Assembly: GCA_013265495.1 (NCBI GenBank)
Contig: MU061464.1
Span: 372,001-436,000, forward strand
Direction: 5' to 3'
DNA: 64,000 bases
Source: Vicugna vicugna
Lineage: Eukaryota
Shown here: positions 10,561-24,089 of the stretch, piece by piece
How positions within the stretch are numbered: the stretch's first letter is position 1
How the letters are laid out: each line of letters begins with the position of its first letter
The notes under the pieces: generated by a model
Database searches by the model: none
The model's input: only the letters and a program-made list of their open reading frames with translations
What the model was told of the DNA's origin: nothing
Made by a program: the position numbers and the translations under genes

Positions 10561-13500
10561 GGAGGAGGGCTGCTGTGCTGCTGCTGCCGATGGGGTTGTG
10601 TTCAGTCCTCACGCGTTTCCCTGGGGAGAAGTGACTTGTCACGGGGTGGGGTGCACGGGAGAGGGTTCAAAGGCGGAAAGCAAGACACACGGGTTCAAAC
10701 GATCGTCTGTTTTCCTCTTCACTTGCCTGACTCCGTGCGGGTGTGTGGGATGTGGAGCAGGAGTGAGTCTGAGTGATTTACACGCATCATCACAACCCCA
10801 TGGGTAAAGGAGTGCTTTGTCCAGGTCGGGTGCAGTATACGTTTGACACTTCAGGTAATTAAACCCAGAGGTGGTCCCCAGACCACGCAGAGCACTGAGA
10901 ATGGGCTTCCGCTGAGCCGCCCAGGGATTTCCTGTGTCTGCCCCAGCTCCACAGCCGGCAGGACCACAGCGCATCCCTCGGGGGTGTCCTTAAAGCAGCT
11001 GCCTCCGTCAGACGGTGTGTCTCACCTCGCCGCGTCCTCCACGGTGCTGCTCTCTTAGGAATCAGGAAATCACAAAGCTGCTCCCCAGTGGTGATCTCCT
11101 TGCTTCTGCAGCCGCCAGTGGAGGCAGCAGGGGGCCGGCAGTGTGAGGGGTGCGGCTTCCTTGTGCTGTATGCTTTCCTCGTGCCGCAGACCATCAGGCC
11201 GGAGCCTGGTCCAGCCAGACTTCCTCCTGGCCGAGGGACGGACGCTTCTAGTCCAGTGCATCCTATCGGGGCCAAATGGCGTCATCAGAAGCCACGTGAC
11301 AGCCAGGAGCCTGATCTCTCCTGCCTCTTCTGTTGCCTCTCAGCGTGTGGTGCTGAGGTGGGGGAGACTGCAAGGCTTTCTCGGGGCTGCCTGAGTTCTG
11401 AGCCATTTGCCGAGCCCGAGTGCCCCGGCCCAGGGAGCGTAAAGCAGGGATGTGCCGAGTAGAAAGAGCTCCGAGCAGGCGGCCCTGAGACCCAGATTCC
11501 AGTTCTGGCCTCAGACCAGCAGCTTTGGCCTTGAGTGAGCCATCGGTGGGTTGTAACTCCTCTCCTGTGAAGGAGCAGGTTGGGTTTAGGGAGACTCTGA
11601 AGTTCTGTCTAGACCGAAGCTGGCAGGAGCGGAAGGCGCTCCCTGGCTCTCGCTGCTGCACCCCACCCTCTCCATCTGGGCCCCGTCTCCCAGCCCTCCC
11701 GTCGCGGCCCCCCCGCGGCTCCCCCGCCTCCCTCCCTCTCCCCGCCGCCTGCCTGGCTCCCTTCCTTCACGCCCGCCTCTGTATCTGGAGGGAACCCTTT
11801 GGTGCACAGGCAGGGCTAGATTACCAGACAGGCAGGCTAGATGTGTGTTCGGGGCTCCTGCAAAGCAAAGGCACCACTAGAAAATGTTTTAAGAAGACTT
11901 TGGTATACACTGCTTAAAAAAAATCAGAGCAGTCACCATGGGGAAGAACACAGACTTTCGCTGGACTTCCTTAGTCTTTCTTCATGGTGTGTTATTTTAT
12001 TTTTATGTGGAGGAGCACTAAAATCCATTCAGCACTTGGGGCTGCTGAAGGCGTAACCGGCCAGCTCTGCACTCCTTGGACTCCGGCTTCGCACCGAAGC
12101 CTCAGGGAGGTCGGGGAGCGCCTCGCGTCGCTCTGCGCCCTCTGTGCCAGCTGCGTGCGTGCACTGTGTGCGGCAGCATGTGTCTGCAGCATCGGCTGCT
12201 CAGAGCCTCCCACGTCATGGTGTGCTTTCTGGTCGCTCACGTCCACGGTGGGTATTAGGCCCTGGGACAGAGGTGGGCCGGGAAGAGGGGCTCAAGACTG
12301 CAAGACACACTCGCCCGCCTCCAGAGGTTTTAATCTCGTTGAGACACGTTATTCCCCAGAACGACTCAACGCCGTAGGCACCCATGCGTGTTGGAAGGGC
12401 TGCTACAGAAGCTCGGCGGCAGAGCAGTCTCTAGAAGAGGCTCCCTGCCAGAGGGGCTTGAAGGGAAAATGGTGGAGAGCTTTCCGTAGTAACAAGAGAG
12501 GCAACCTGAAGGGCTTGTTACTTTATTTCTAAGTTTGAAATCCCGTGATTGTGGACTCTTGGCTGCGACCCATTCTCAGACTGCCCCAGTCAGCTTCCCC
12601 CAGACCCAGGCTTCTCCGTCTGTGTTTCCGCCTCTCTCCGGCCCTGACTCTGGTCCTTTGAGGCTGTCCCTTCCGATCCGCTGCTGTAGCCGCTGAGAAG
12701 AGCAGCCACGCTGAGTCCCGTGGGCCCGCAGGGTGGGAGGGCTTTTTTCTAGCTGACTCCGTGCGTTGCCAGGAGAACACTCGGCTTTTCAGAGGCCCTG
12801 AGTGGCCCCCAGCCCCTACTTCGCCGCAGCCTGTGTAAGCCCATGTCATTGTCATCATCAGAGGCAGACGTGCTGAGCCGTACCGTGTGCCAGGGCCCGG
12901 TGCTCGGGGCAGGGCACGTGCGGATCCAGTGACTCCTCACCGCAGCCTGCGAGGTGAGCGCTGGTCTTCTGTCTTCCTGATGTGGACAGGGAAGGACGCG
13001 GGTGTTAAGCACCTGCCTGAAGGTCCCGCAGGTGGCAGAGCCACGAGATGCCCGAGCCCCTTCTCAGCTGTGACGTCGCACTGCGGGTTCAGAGGAGGAG
13101 GCGGTGGGCGGCCGCAGGCTGGGGGGAGCGTGGACCAGGGAGCAGCTCTTTGAGGAGAGGAAGAGCCCGTTCTTAGCGTCTTCCCATCAAGATGGCAGTG
13201 CTCTGAATGGTGAAGCCAGAGGAAATTCCAGAAAGTGCTTCCTCTTGAGTATGCTAGGCTGCCTTTTCTCTTTAATGCCATCTTTTCAATTCTCTTTATC
13301 TTTTTTTTTAACCCACTACTTGGTCAAAATAAGAGCTGTTTGATGGGGGTGCCTTCTCAGTGACGGGCCCAGTATCGCACTGCTGAGCGCAGTTCCCGCT
13401 CAGGCGACGCCGTCCTCCCCGCCGAGGAGAACGGCAGGCTGGCCAGAGAGCGCGGGGTCAGGTGTCTTGGCTCCCGCTCGACAAGAAGCACGGTGAGTCA

Positions 13501-14589
13501 CAGTGTGACGTGTCTTTTCAGGATTCTGGAGGCGTCGATTCCTTTGTTTGAAGGAGGAGGGTTTCCTTCAGAAAGTCTAACATTGTTCCCTCTGCTGCTT
13601 TACCGCGTTGGCTTTGGTGGTAACTGGGCTGATACCCATGGTTCATAGCAGGAGTCTCTTACAAACTTCTCAGGCAGCTGCTTCGCTTGAATGGAGTTCT
13701 TAAGACTAATTTGATGTCTCGAGGTGAGCCCAGCAACTTTATAGTTAGCTTTGAATTGAGTTCTCCCAAAACATAAGTCGATCTTTAAGATTCTCTTAAC
13801 AGCTCTGGCATCTAACACCCACCCGTCACCTTATTTAATGGTTCTAGTGGCTCTGGAGGGCCTGGTTATTCACTGTTTTTGCCCCTAAGCTTAATGATCC
13901 TTATGGAATCCCCAGTTCAGCCCGAAACCACACAACTGCCCCCGACTCAGGACTCAAGCCTGTGGCTGTTACTCCAGGGACAAACCGGAGAACGTGGGGC
14001 CAAAGGATTGAAGTGAGGAGACAGGATGGAAACTCAGCAACGGCCGTGCCTTTCTGAGCACCCTGGGAGGATCCCTCTCCCTGCCCCATACTTTCAGCAG
14101 AGCCGAAGGCACTTCACCCTTAGCTGGGTTGGCTCCGTCAGGAGTCCCCAGCCTCAGGTGTGCATCGTGCCTGCGAGTGAGCGTCTGACCACTGGGGAGT
14201 TCAAGAGAGTCGGACCTTCAGGTTCTCGCTGGAGTTAATGGAGCATCTGTAGTTCGACAGATGAGAACCTGTCTTTAGAGCTACCAGCTGCCTACTGGAC
14301 TGTGTCTTTGTGGGTCAGGCCCGGGGGAAGGAAGGAGATGAAATGAGTTCACTCACTCTTCCTCCTTAAAAGGACTCTGCAGCGACACAAAGGGGGGCCT
14401 GAACTCAGGAACTGGCTGGCTCTTCTCTCTGTGCAGAGCTGCTGCTTCTGATTTTGCAGGCGTGCTCTGCCTGGAGCTCTGTTTACCACTCCTGCTGTGC
14501 CCAGGGCTCTGTCAGGCTGCAGGGAAGGATGTGGCCCCCTTAGAATCCCTGTTGCATAATCGAGACTGCGTGGAAAGCACTTCTGTCCT

Positions 14590-14790
14590 GTTACTAGAAA
14601 ACCCAGGTTTGAGTCCCGGTGCCACGACTGTTAATTAGCCGAGTAATCTGGGCAAGGGGTTGAGCACCTCAAACACAGTTTTCTCCCCTGTTTGAGGTTG
14701 ATAAGAGCATTTATTTCACAGGGTGGCCTGAGGACGACTGAAAAAGATGACACGTTAGAGTCACATTGTCAGCCGCCCCATATCCGTGCT
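14590..14790 (+). mobile_element. MIR SINE
   Basis: acccaggtttgagtcccggtgccac...ctgggcaag...cagttttctcccctgt...cagggtggcctgagga. Confidence 0.7.
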
Positions 14791-16569
14791 GTTAGGTTTC
14801 TGCCCGTGGAGACGTTTGCAGTTGCAGGAGGGTGGCTGGCTACACGAACTTTTACATGGAAGCACTTCACTTTGAAGGGTTTAAATAGCCCTTCGATGGA
14901 GGACTGACAGAGTGTAAAGTATCTGGCTGTGAAAACGAGGAAGCACTTGGGAAGACGCTCCGTGGACCGTCGGGCCTAGCTCCGCACGTGCCGGGACGGC
15001 GTCCTTGGGGGTGAGTTTCTCCTGGGCCGTTGGTGGCTTGCGCGGCGTTTGGAGGAGAGTCCCCACACGGTTAGCACTCCTCGGGGCTCAGAGCCAGGTC
15101 CGCGCCTGAGCCGCCAGCGCTGTTTAGGGCTGGTTCTCCGCCGGGTGTATCTGTAGGTGAGCTGTTCCCCCCAAGAGCTCACGCAGACGTCGATGCCACG
15201 TTTGGACCACCTCCCCGGTGCTGGTGGGACGGGGTGTGGTCCCAGAGCCGCCACGAGCGGAAAGGCCACGCAGATTGTCTGGTTTTCCTTCCCGCCACGT
15301 GTCTGCACATGTGCCTTCAGTCAGTACTTGCCAAAACCTGTGAGGTGCATGAGGCAGGAGGCCGCCCACTCTGGAGGTCTGAGGAGGGCCCATAAGGAGC
15401 CCCTCCTCCGTTAATTAAAAAGCAGGCGAGAGAGATAAAGGAGCCAAGGGAATGGACAGCAAAGCACCATCCTTATTGCTGAAAATGCGTTTTGGAGAAT
15501 GTGGCTTTGGGTCTGCAGCCAAGTGGGCCTTCTGAAGTTTCATCCTTGAGTTAGATGGTTTACCCCCCTTTTCCCCGGCACAGCAGGGGAAGCGTCTCAC
15601 CACCAGCTGCAGAAGAGTCCCGAGCTCACCACTCCTGCAGGCAGGCAGGTCCCAAAGGAAAGGGGACGGAGGTGCCGGGGGGGAGGCCAGGTCCGTCACT
15701 GGGGGCAGTTCTCTCTGGGTAACAGCATGAGGAGAGGGAATAAGAGCCCCCCGTAGCACCGCAGTGGGGCCCTCAGAGGACGCTCAGTCCCGGCCCCTCT
15801 CCCGGGACGTCGGCAGGGAAGGGAGCTGCGGCGTCTGCGCAGCCGGGCTGAGCCCGAGATCGCGCTCCTTTGCTGAAGCTGAAGCTTTAAAAATGGAGGA
15901 GGAGCACTTTTTTGTGGCTGCCACATTTTTCTGGCATTTTAACTGGCCTTCTCCCGAAGTCTGACGGTTCTTTCAAGCACCACTTTTTAATTAATCCTTA
16001 TTTGACTGAAAAACGATGGGAGGAACAGTTCCTCTTCGTGACGTGCCCTCCGGCCACCTGGCGGAGCACACGACGCAGCCCTTCGTGACTGTGCCCTCTA
16101 TCGTGTGTGGGAGGCGGAGTACCTTGCATGACAGCGCTGGGCTCAAATGGAAGCAAGTGCGTTGCAGCTGCCCAAGGACAGAAAAAAGAAGTCACTGTCA
16201 TCCCTGAAGGGAATTCATTCTTATTATCCTCAGCATGGTTAGCTTCCGAGCTTTGGAATTGAATTTGTAGAGCTGAGCTGAACAGGACCCCGCGGTCCCA
16301 CCCCCCACGCAGCTTCTCTCTCCTCAGCTTCTTTCTAAAGAACAGAGCTTTGCAGACCGTAGGGTGGGCCAGCGCTTTTTGGTGGGCGCGCTCAGCTGGT
16401 GGTCAGCCAGGACCTGGCCTGGCTTTCCACGGGAACGCCTGCTGTGGGTGGTGCCCGCTGCGGTGGCCACTCCGCGATGCTCTCGGATGGGCTCTGGAGT
16501 AAGGCCGACCCGCGCGTGTGCATTTGCAGTAGCCGCTGGATAAGAACCAGAATGAGGACTCCGGAAGGA

Positions 16570-16760
16570 ACGGGTCACGGCTCTAACCTGCTGAGTCATC
16601 TCGGCTCCGCCTGGCTGGCAGGGGCGTTCCAGCCTGCAAGGGCTCTTTTGCAGATCAGTGGAGGCTCCTGTGGAAAGGGTAGGTCCGGGTGGAGCCCAGG
16701 AATCTGAATTTATAGTGTGTACCCCCAGCTCATCTTGATTCAGGTGTTAACTTTGGAAGA
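16570..16760. mobile_element. MER5-like hAT-Charlie MITE
   Basis: gtaggtccgggtggagcccaggaatctgaattt...ccagctcatcttgattcagg...ctttggaagaaacac. Confidence 0.5.
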
Positions 16761-18675
16761 AACACGAAAGGGTGGGTAACTCAAGCTCCTCCGGACAAAC
16801 CTTTCAGCATTGACTCATGCAGAGGGGCTGCTGTGACTGGTCACGTTCCCAGCACAAGGGTCCCAGAGGGCTTCCCGGCCGCCCTTCGGGTGCTGGGCTG
16901 CCTGCCTCCCACTGGGCCTTTGTGCACAGGTGCCAGCAGCCTGCACTCCCTTTTGTTCCTAATCACAAGGGATGTGCATGAACAAGAAAAATAAATAAAA
17001 GGACAGACAAGTACTCCATGAAATTTTTTCTTGGAACTTGAAAGGTAAACAGTGTCAGGCCAAAAATCATATATCTTTTCTTCTTTTCTTTTCCCTGCCC
17101 CGGCCTGATGTAACCTCACTCTTAACTTGCACTACCCCAGGGAAAGTTTTTGTTAACCTTTTCTAAACTTTTTCTTTTGCTTATCTTCAAGTGTTTTAGT
17201 CATTTCCGCCTCTGAATCAGTCTTTCTCTTTTGAGGTCACTTTTTCTCCCAAATAATTGAATCATTAAAAACAATCACAATGCAGATTCATGCTCCTAAC
17301 AAAGAAGGGGAATAGAGGCAAAATGGTAAAGCCGTGCAAGACGGGTCACAAAATGTTAAGTCATCAAAGATCTTCGCTCTTAAACTCCAAGAGCACGTCT
17401 TGTCCTGTAGAACTGGCTTCAGCTTATGAGTTAAAAGCACTAAACTTGTGTTATTATTCATCATCACATATGACTGCCCTGTTTCTAAACTGCAGATGCT
17501 TTATGGTTGGTACCTTGATGCATCGCCAGGATGTGGTCTGGGACACAAACAGAAAAGTACCCAATGCGTGCTTGATGGGCAATTTGAAGAGTATCTTCTG
17601 AAAAGGGTCGCTGCGTGACTTTTGTATACCAGGCGACTAAGATCTAACTGTTGGGTGACAAATACACAACAATCGGTGAGACACAGCCTCTCCCCGAGAG
17701 GAACTCACAGGCCGCTGGGTAAACAAGTCACTGTATCCTAATGGTGGCGCTCACGACTGTGAATGAAGTAGACTTGGCTCTTCCGAGTAGCCAGCTCTGC
17801 TTGGGGTGTGGATGGGAGGCAAATGGCTTTCCCTGAAGGATGTGATTGAGTTTGGGTTTTAAGTGTGAACTGGCTCTTAGAATTTTACATCCGGAAGGAA
17901 GAAACGATCTAACACAGTCTTCTCGTTTCACAGACCAGGAACTGGAGACCTAGGGATTTAACTTGCTAGGGTCCAGTAGCCAGTCCACATCAGGCCTGAG
18001 TTCCACTAGAAGCAGGACTTGAGGTAACCAAGGAAATCATTGTTTTGGGAAAATGGGGTCCACTTTGAACATAGTTTCTCCTGGAACAGCCTGTCGCTTC
18101 TAAGAGTCGTGTTGATCCTCCAGCTGCCTTAGAAGGACTGAGTAACTGTTCTGTACGAGTCTGAGGTAACGGCCCCCCTGCTATGCGGGCTGGCTGCGTT
18201 GCTTTAGCATTTCATTACGAAAACAGTAAAAGACAGGGCTGCCTGGAAACTTGCTAACCGGAGTAGTCTGGCCCCTAGGGATCTAGGAGCTGTAAGTCAC
18301 TGTACTAAGGGTATCAGAAGCAGTAAGTGGCTCGGATTTCCTAAATGTTGAATCCTACCTGAAATAAACCTTTTCTATAAAATTACTAAAATACCACCAT
18401 ACTCCTTTTTGTTTTTGATTAATTCTGATTATAAGGATTGGTTGGATGAGCATTACAGTAGCCTTTTGGACCTTACAGAGGTGCCTAAAATTTCTGTTTC
18501 TGTAAGATTTTTTCCCAAATTTTTGGTCATATATCCACAAAGCTCTTAGAAGTTTGTTATATCATCATTTATAATTCCTGATGAGTAGAATTAAATAGAC
18601 GTATCTACCCTCACCAGGAATCATTTGAATTCTTTCCTTCCTTATGTTTCTCTAAAGTGATGGCCAGCCTGCAAG

Positions 18676-18677
<2 letters not shown>

Positions 18678-18707
<30 letters not shown>
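18678..18707. repeat. (TG)15 microsatellite
   Basis: Perfect TG run visible directly. Confidence 0.97.
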
Positions 18708-18709
<2 letters not shown>

Positions 18710-18710
<1 letters not shown>

Positions 18711-18915
18711 AGTTTTACCTCCTGGTCTGTCAGTCTTTAGCTCTGTAACTTTATGAGAATGTTACCTAACATTTCCAAGCTTTATCTTTTTTTTCACCTG
18801 TAAAATTAGAGAAATAATTTGTCTCGAGGACTTGCATTAATTAAATGAAATGGTCTTTGTAAAATCCGTGCCCCAGTGTGCCCGGCACACACTTGAATCT
18901 CAGTGAATTGTAGCT
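18710..18915 (+). mobile_element. MIR SINE
   Basis: tagctctgtaacttt...ttcacctgtaaaattag...taattaaatgaaa...gtgcccggcacac...ctcagtgaattgtagc. Confidence 0.65.
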
Positions 18916-19859
18916 TGAATGACTTGGCTTCACTTCCTGTGACTGTGCTACAGAGCGCTAAGAATCGCAGAGCAACCCTGTTTTTTATTGAGAAAAATCA
19001 GCCCATTCTTTTCAGAACATAAGAAGAGTATGATAAATATCCAGCCTCCCTATTCTTTTGGGGTTCTGGTGAACATTTTTTGCAGCGGCAAGTTTTAATG
19101 TTTAATTTTAAGGCCTGAACCTCCTAAGCATTATTGACTAAGATAAAAAACACAGGCCTCAAGAGTCTGTAAGTATTGATGTTGGTTGAGAGCCATTGGA
19201 TGAATGGTGCTTAGTATATTAAATATTAAAGGCAGAATCTTTTGGTTTGGTGAGTGTTGCTAATGCTGCCAATGAAAACATCCAGTCTGATTTACAGAAG
19301 TTTAATTTTATCTGGATACAATCCATTTCACCTGATAGTTACTATATAGGAATAATGAAATACCGTTAGCAGCCCATATAATTTCCTAAAATTCTGTGTG
19401 AAGTCAATAACAAAAAAAAATAATGGTTATTTAAATGCTTATATTTTTCAGTGGGTGGCTTAGTTTGCGTTTTTAATATTCCCTTGATTGCTTATCATTT
19501 TAAAGGACTATAAATTGTATTTTAAACATAAAATGAAAACAGTAGGAAAAAAGGGAACTTTGCAGGGTTATGGGCATCCTTCCTCCTTTCCTTCTGCTTC
19601 TCTGTAATTTCCAAAATATCATTCAAAGTCATACTTACTGTGTTACATTCCCCCAAATTCTGCTTAAGTGTCGTTCTGCAGCAGACAACCTACACTTCGT
19701 CCTGGATTCACTGAGCTTCCCGTGCAGTTCTGCAAAGTGGAAATTGCAGATTGAGACCAAATTAGAAACTTCCAGGCTTGCGGGGGTACCTTCAGAGGAG
19801 CAACCCAAAACGCTAGTCACTGCACTTTGGCAAATCACAACAGCAGCTGATTCACGTGG

Positions 19860-20205
19860 CCTTTACTTTGTGCCGAGAACTGTTCTCAGCGCTTGTGTAT
19901 ATTAGCTTGTTTAATTCTCACAGCAGCCCTCTGAGGGAGGCGGTGGCACCATCTTCACCACCATCCTCACCGTCTTCACCACCATCATCACCACCATCCT
20001 CACCATCTTCACCATCATCACCATCCTCATTCCTCCTCCTCCTGTTTCTCCTCCTCTCCCCCCAGCACACTACTCCTGCCACCACTGCCATTTCACAGGT
20101 GAGATAACTAAAGCACAGAGAGATCAAATAACTTGCCTAGTAGCAAAACCAGTAACCAGCAGAGTCAAGAGTTTAACCCAGACCGTCTGGCCCTAGGATC
20201 TAGTG
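19860..20205 (-). mobile_element. MIR SINE interrupted by an expanded CAC/CAT/CTC repeat
   Basis: ttaattctcacagcagccctctgagggagg...[repeat]...ccatttcacaggtgagataactaaagcacagagagatcaaataacttgcc. Confidence 0.75.
19948..20058. repeat. Compound trinucleotide repeat with 9/12-bp higher-order units ACC(ACC)ATC[T/C/A]TC
   Basis: Units accatcttc, accaccatcctc, accgtcttc, accaccatcatc, accaccatcctc, accatcttc, accatcatc, accatcctc, then a (CTC)n-like tail. Confidence 0.9.
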
Positions 20206-20499
20206 TCATAGTTGCCGCACATCAGGGTGACTGTAGACCCAGCTCCCACGAGCTTCCACGGACATACAAGCATGATTTGTCTTTCAGTCATATTCTGCAA
20301 AATCTCATTTTTCAGCATTTTCTGAAATACAGTTATCTATCACTTGAGGTATCTTGGTTATCTTAAATGCTGTGTTGGCTCTGAGTGGACGTGGAAGAGG
20401 AGTGGTGCTGTGTGTTAACATTGCTGGTGATCTCTCTAGGCCTAGTTTTCTCAGAGTTTAGCCACAAAAGGGACGTTGATAAGTACGCAGTCTGATGCC

Positions 20500-20760
20500 C
20501 TTCGTTTCCCAGTCACAGAGGAGCGGGTTCCCCCACGAGTCCCCCGGACAGAGTTAGTCACTTCCTGCTTTGCAATCCCAAGGCACTTTGTTCATTCTCT
20601 GTATTTTAAGTAAATACTATTTTGTAATTAATCTGTTTATATGTCACTTCTTTCCACCCCCTACCCTTGCCTCTGGGTGACTTCTTCAAGTGCTGGGACC
20701 AGGTCTAATTTACTTTTGTCTCCCACTGGCCTGGTGACGGATGGATGAATCATTGCCCGG
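20500..20760 (+). mobile_element. L2 LINE 3' end
   Basis: gtgacttcttcaagtgctgggaccaggtctaatttacttttgtctccc...gatggatgaat. Confidence 0.6.
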
Positions 20761-21763
20761 AGGGACGTGCCCAGAGTAGCAGACCTGAAACCAGACGGCT
20801 TGCGCGACTCCCAGTCTTACACTTAACCACTCATGCGCTGCCAGAAGTGTTTTCAGATGATTTGGATGCTTTGCTGACGGAGCGGGGACACAGCTTTCCT
20901 GTTACGTGTCCTCGACTGGCTCATTCATCAGACAGTGATAATGGCGGTGCCACCGCCACCATTGCTATGGATCCCACGGTGTCATCTGCAGGACGAAACG
21001 AAATGATGTTCCTGAAAGCTTTGGAACCGGCAAAGCCCCTTCCGGAGGATGTGTGTCACCGTTCTAGTCTGTTGTTATTTAAGTGTGATTTACGAAGTGT
21101 TTTCAATCTCCTGGTCCCTTTACTGTTCACTGTACTTTGGTGAAATAGATGGTGTCTCCTTGGCGATTCACCCGCGAGAGGGTGAGGCTGAGAAAGTCGA
21201 AGTCCTTCAGCCACAAACACAAGTGGCTGACGGGAGCTGGCACCCTGCCCTCTTGCCCTTGCAGCACAGCCACCAGTCAGCGCGAGGCGCAGAGGCCCCC
21301 AGGCGAGGTGGTGTCCTAGAGCTCGGGGAGAGAGCCCAGGAGAGGCGGACGCAGGGCTCTCCTAGGACCCAGACGGTTACAGATATGTGTTTAGATTCCA
21401 GTCTGATGTTTCACTTTCTCAAGAGGCAGGGCCTGGGCACAGAAGGCTTTGTAAGACCAAGTGAGCGGGGTGGTTTGGAAGGGGCCAGCCAGCACTGTCA
21501 GCAGCAGCCACGCGGGATGGGGGGTCCAGCGGGAGAAGGCGGCCCCTGCCATTGCTTTGACCTTGATGGGGAGTTCCTCACTGCAGCTCTCAGGAAATGA
21601 AGGGTGATAAATCCAGCTGCTGCTTCCTGTTTCTAGAATTCTGAGATTTATTATTTTTTTGAAGGGTAGAATGCTTTATTTTTAAACCAGTGGAAAATAC
21701 CCTCAACCTGTTCCTTGTTGGTGTCTCCTTAAAAACTTTTTGTCCTCACTTGGGCTTTAAGGG

Positions 21764-21794
21764 GTGTGTGTGTGTGTGTCTGTCTGTCTGTGTC
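21764..21794. repeat. (GT)n/(CTGT)n compound microsatellite
   Basis: gtgtgtgtgtgtgtgtctgtctgtctgtgtc. Confidence 0.85.
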
Positions 21795-23034
21795 TGAAAT
21801 CCCCATGATGCCCTGGGCTGGCTCACTCTCTGTTTTCCAACAACAGCAACAGAAAGGAAACCAACGAAGGCAGATTTCACCGGGCAGGAGCCCTGTGAGG
21901 TTGATGATGGTCTGACTGAGCGCAGGCCTGTGATTGATGCACGTGGTGTGTTACTGTCTCTCAGTTAGCTTGTGCCATTCAGGCCTGGTCTTGCTTCTCC
22001 CTGTGGTTGTGTTATTAGTGAGTAAAGGCCTGAGTCATTTAGCAAGCACACCGCTTCCGCACATGCCGCCAGTTTATGGAAGGCAGCCGGGAGGTGTAGA
22101 TCACCAGGATGCAGCTTGGTGGCTTCGGCTGTGTAGCCAGTGACTCCACAACTAAAAGCAATGGGTGGGAAGATTTTCTCTAGTGGCATTTTTTATTGCC
22201 TGATTTGAGAGGCAGAGAATGTGTGTGGAGACCCCAGCAGTTCTCTTCTCAGAAGCACTGAAGGAGGTTCATCTGGCAAAGCAGGGTAGAGGCAGACAGC
22301 GAGCACAGCCCGTCCGCTCGCGGAGGGGGTCTCAGCTCTGATCGCAGCCCTTGGCCGGCCCCTCACTGGCCCTAAGGCGCAGCTGTGGCGGCGGGCCGCT
22401 CTCAGTGGGACCCAGGACATGCTGCCTTGATGGACTGCCCGGCCAGGTGACTTCGTTACTCTTATAGAATTATAGTTGCAGTTTATGTTGGATGAATTCA
22501 GAATAAAAAGGGAATGTCCGTAACTCAGATTGAAAGACAAGCTTACACTGGGTGCGCGGTCTGGCTTTGCTAGCAGCGCCTTCTGAAGGCAAGCGCGGTG
22601 AGGCCGACGCCGGGTGGAGGCTGTGCGGTGCCCGTGGCTGCGTGTGCTCCGGGCCTCAGCCCCGCGGCACCGCTGCCTCGTTGCCGCAGTTTCTCGGCCA
22701 AGAAATGAAGCTGACGCTGTTCCTTTGTCTCTCAGTGGCTTGTGAGGATCAGGTTAGTTGGAAGCCAAGCCAGCGCCTTTAAAACCTGAGGTGGTGGTAA
22801 AGACGTGGAGGGAGCCTCTCGTTCAACGGCGCTCGAGCTGTAAATTGTAATTTCACTTTTCAGACTTTGCTCCTTGTGTCCCGAGGCAGCCTTTGAACCC
22901 CAGGGTTTCGTCTCCTCCACTTCAGATTTCCGTCTAATAGCTTGTAAATTTGATTGAGGGGTTGGGGGGGATTTAATTTAATTTGAGCTAATCTCTGATT
23001 TAAAACCAGCTGACAGGGGCAGGTGTGGGCTTGG

Positions 23035-23200
23035 GAGGGTCAGTCAGATCTGGGTTTGGACCCTGGTTAGCGATACTTTAGCTCTGTGATCTTGGCTGCA
23101 CTTTTTCCTCCAGAACTAGGACAGTGACACTCCTGCTCAGGGAGGATGGGGCGGTGGAACGAGGTCAGGTGTGTGAGCACGTGGTCACTCGGTAGGCCTG
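23035..23200 (+). mobile_element. MIR SINE
   Basis: gtcagatctgggtttggaccctgg...tagctctgtgatcttgg...cagggaggatgggg...gtgtgtgagcac. Confidence 0.55.
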
Positions 23201-24089
23201 GAGCTCTGTCTCCTTCTGTGCGTCTGAGGAAGCCTCAGTGATGTGGCCAAGGACGGCGGCTCAACACACAGCAGCTCTCCTTCACCTCCTCTGCCCTCCG
23301 TGCTGCGGCCAGGGAAACGGGCAGAGAATGAAGCCGCTTTAGGTCACCAACACCCTCCGTAGGAATAATAAATATTTCTGTTCCCACCTTCTTCCTTTCA
23401 GTATAATCTGACTTGAGTTCTTTTAATGCTCAACCTGCAAAGGGAGTTTCAGTGGGCGAGAAATCCTGACCCCGGACGGACCGCGGGAACGCGTACAGAG
23501 CCCCTCAGTCATATGACCACGTGCTGTGTTTTCTTTTCAAACTTATGTGAGTTGTGCAGTTATTTTTGCAAGGCACCTTTTTTTTTTTCCTTTAGACTTT
23601 CCCCAAAAAGGACCTTCTAAAGTTTTACGGCTGGCTAGGTAACACAGTGCTTGGCAAGGTTAATGTTTACCAGCTCACCGAAGGGAAAAGCAAACAAGAT
23701 ACAGCCAGACTCTGTTGAAGAATTTCCGTCGAATTATGAATTCCTTAATCTTGACGCCATCACGTAGTCAGGACAGCATGCTCCCTCCTGGAGTCAGGCC
23801 GCCCCGTGGAGATGCGTTTATGGCGCACAATTTACCTTTATGCTCCGCATAAGAGACGGCGTATGAAAACCATCTCCGTGCTTCCTCATGCTGCTATTTT
23901 TAACTTCCAACTCCCTGCTCTTTTCCATCCAGCAACCCAGCCTCCCCTCTCGCTGCTTTCCCAGGTTTGGTTTTTCTCCCCAGCCAACTTCCAAGACGCC
24001 AACGTTCCCTTTCCCACTTGCTCCCGCCCGCGGTGGCCCGGCTCCTTCCCGGCCCTGCGTGGCCGAGGGGCACTGAGCCTCCAGGCCCG

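Noticed and set aside
16051-16064. CTCF-like motifs (for example the reverse complement CCGCCAGGTGGCCG here; another at about 40684)
   Set aside because: Each mismatches the core consensus, and such matches are frequent in GC-rich DNA. They cannot be supported without ChIP data.
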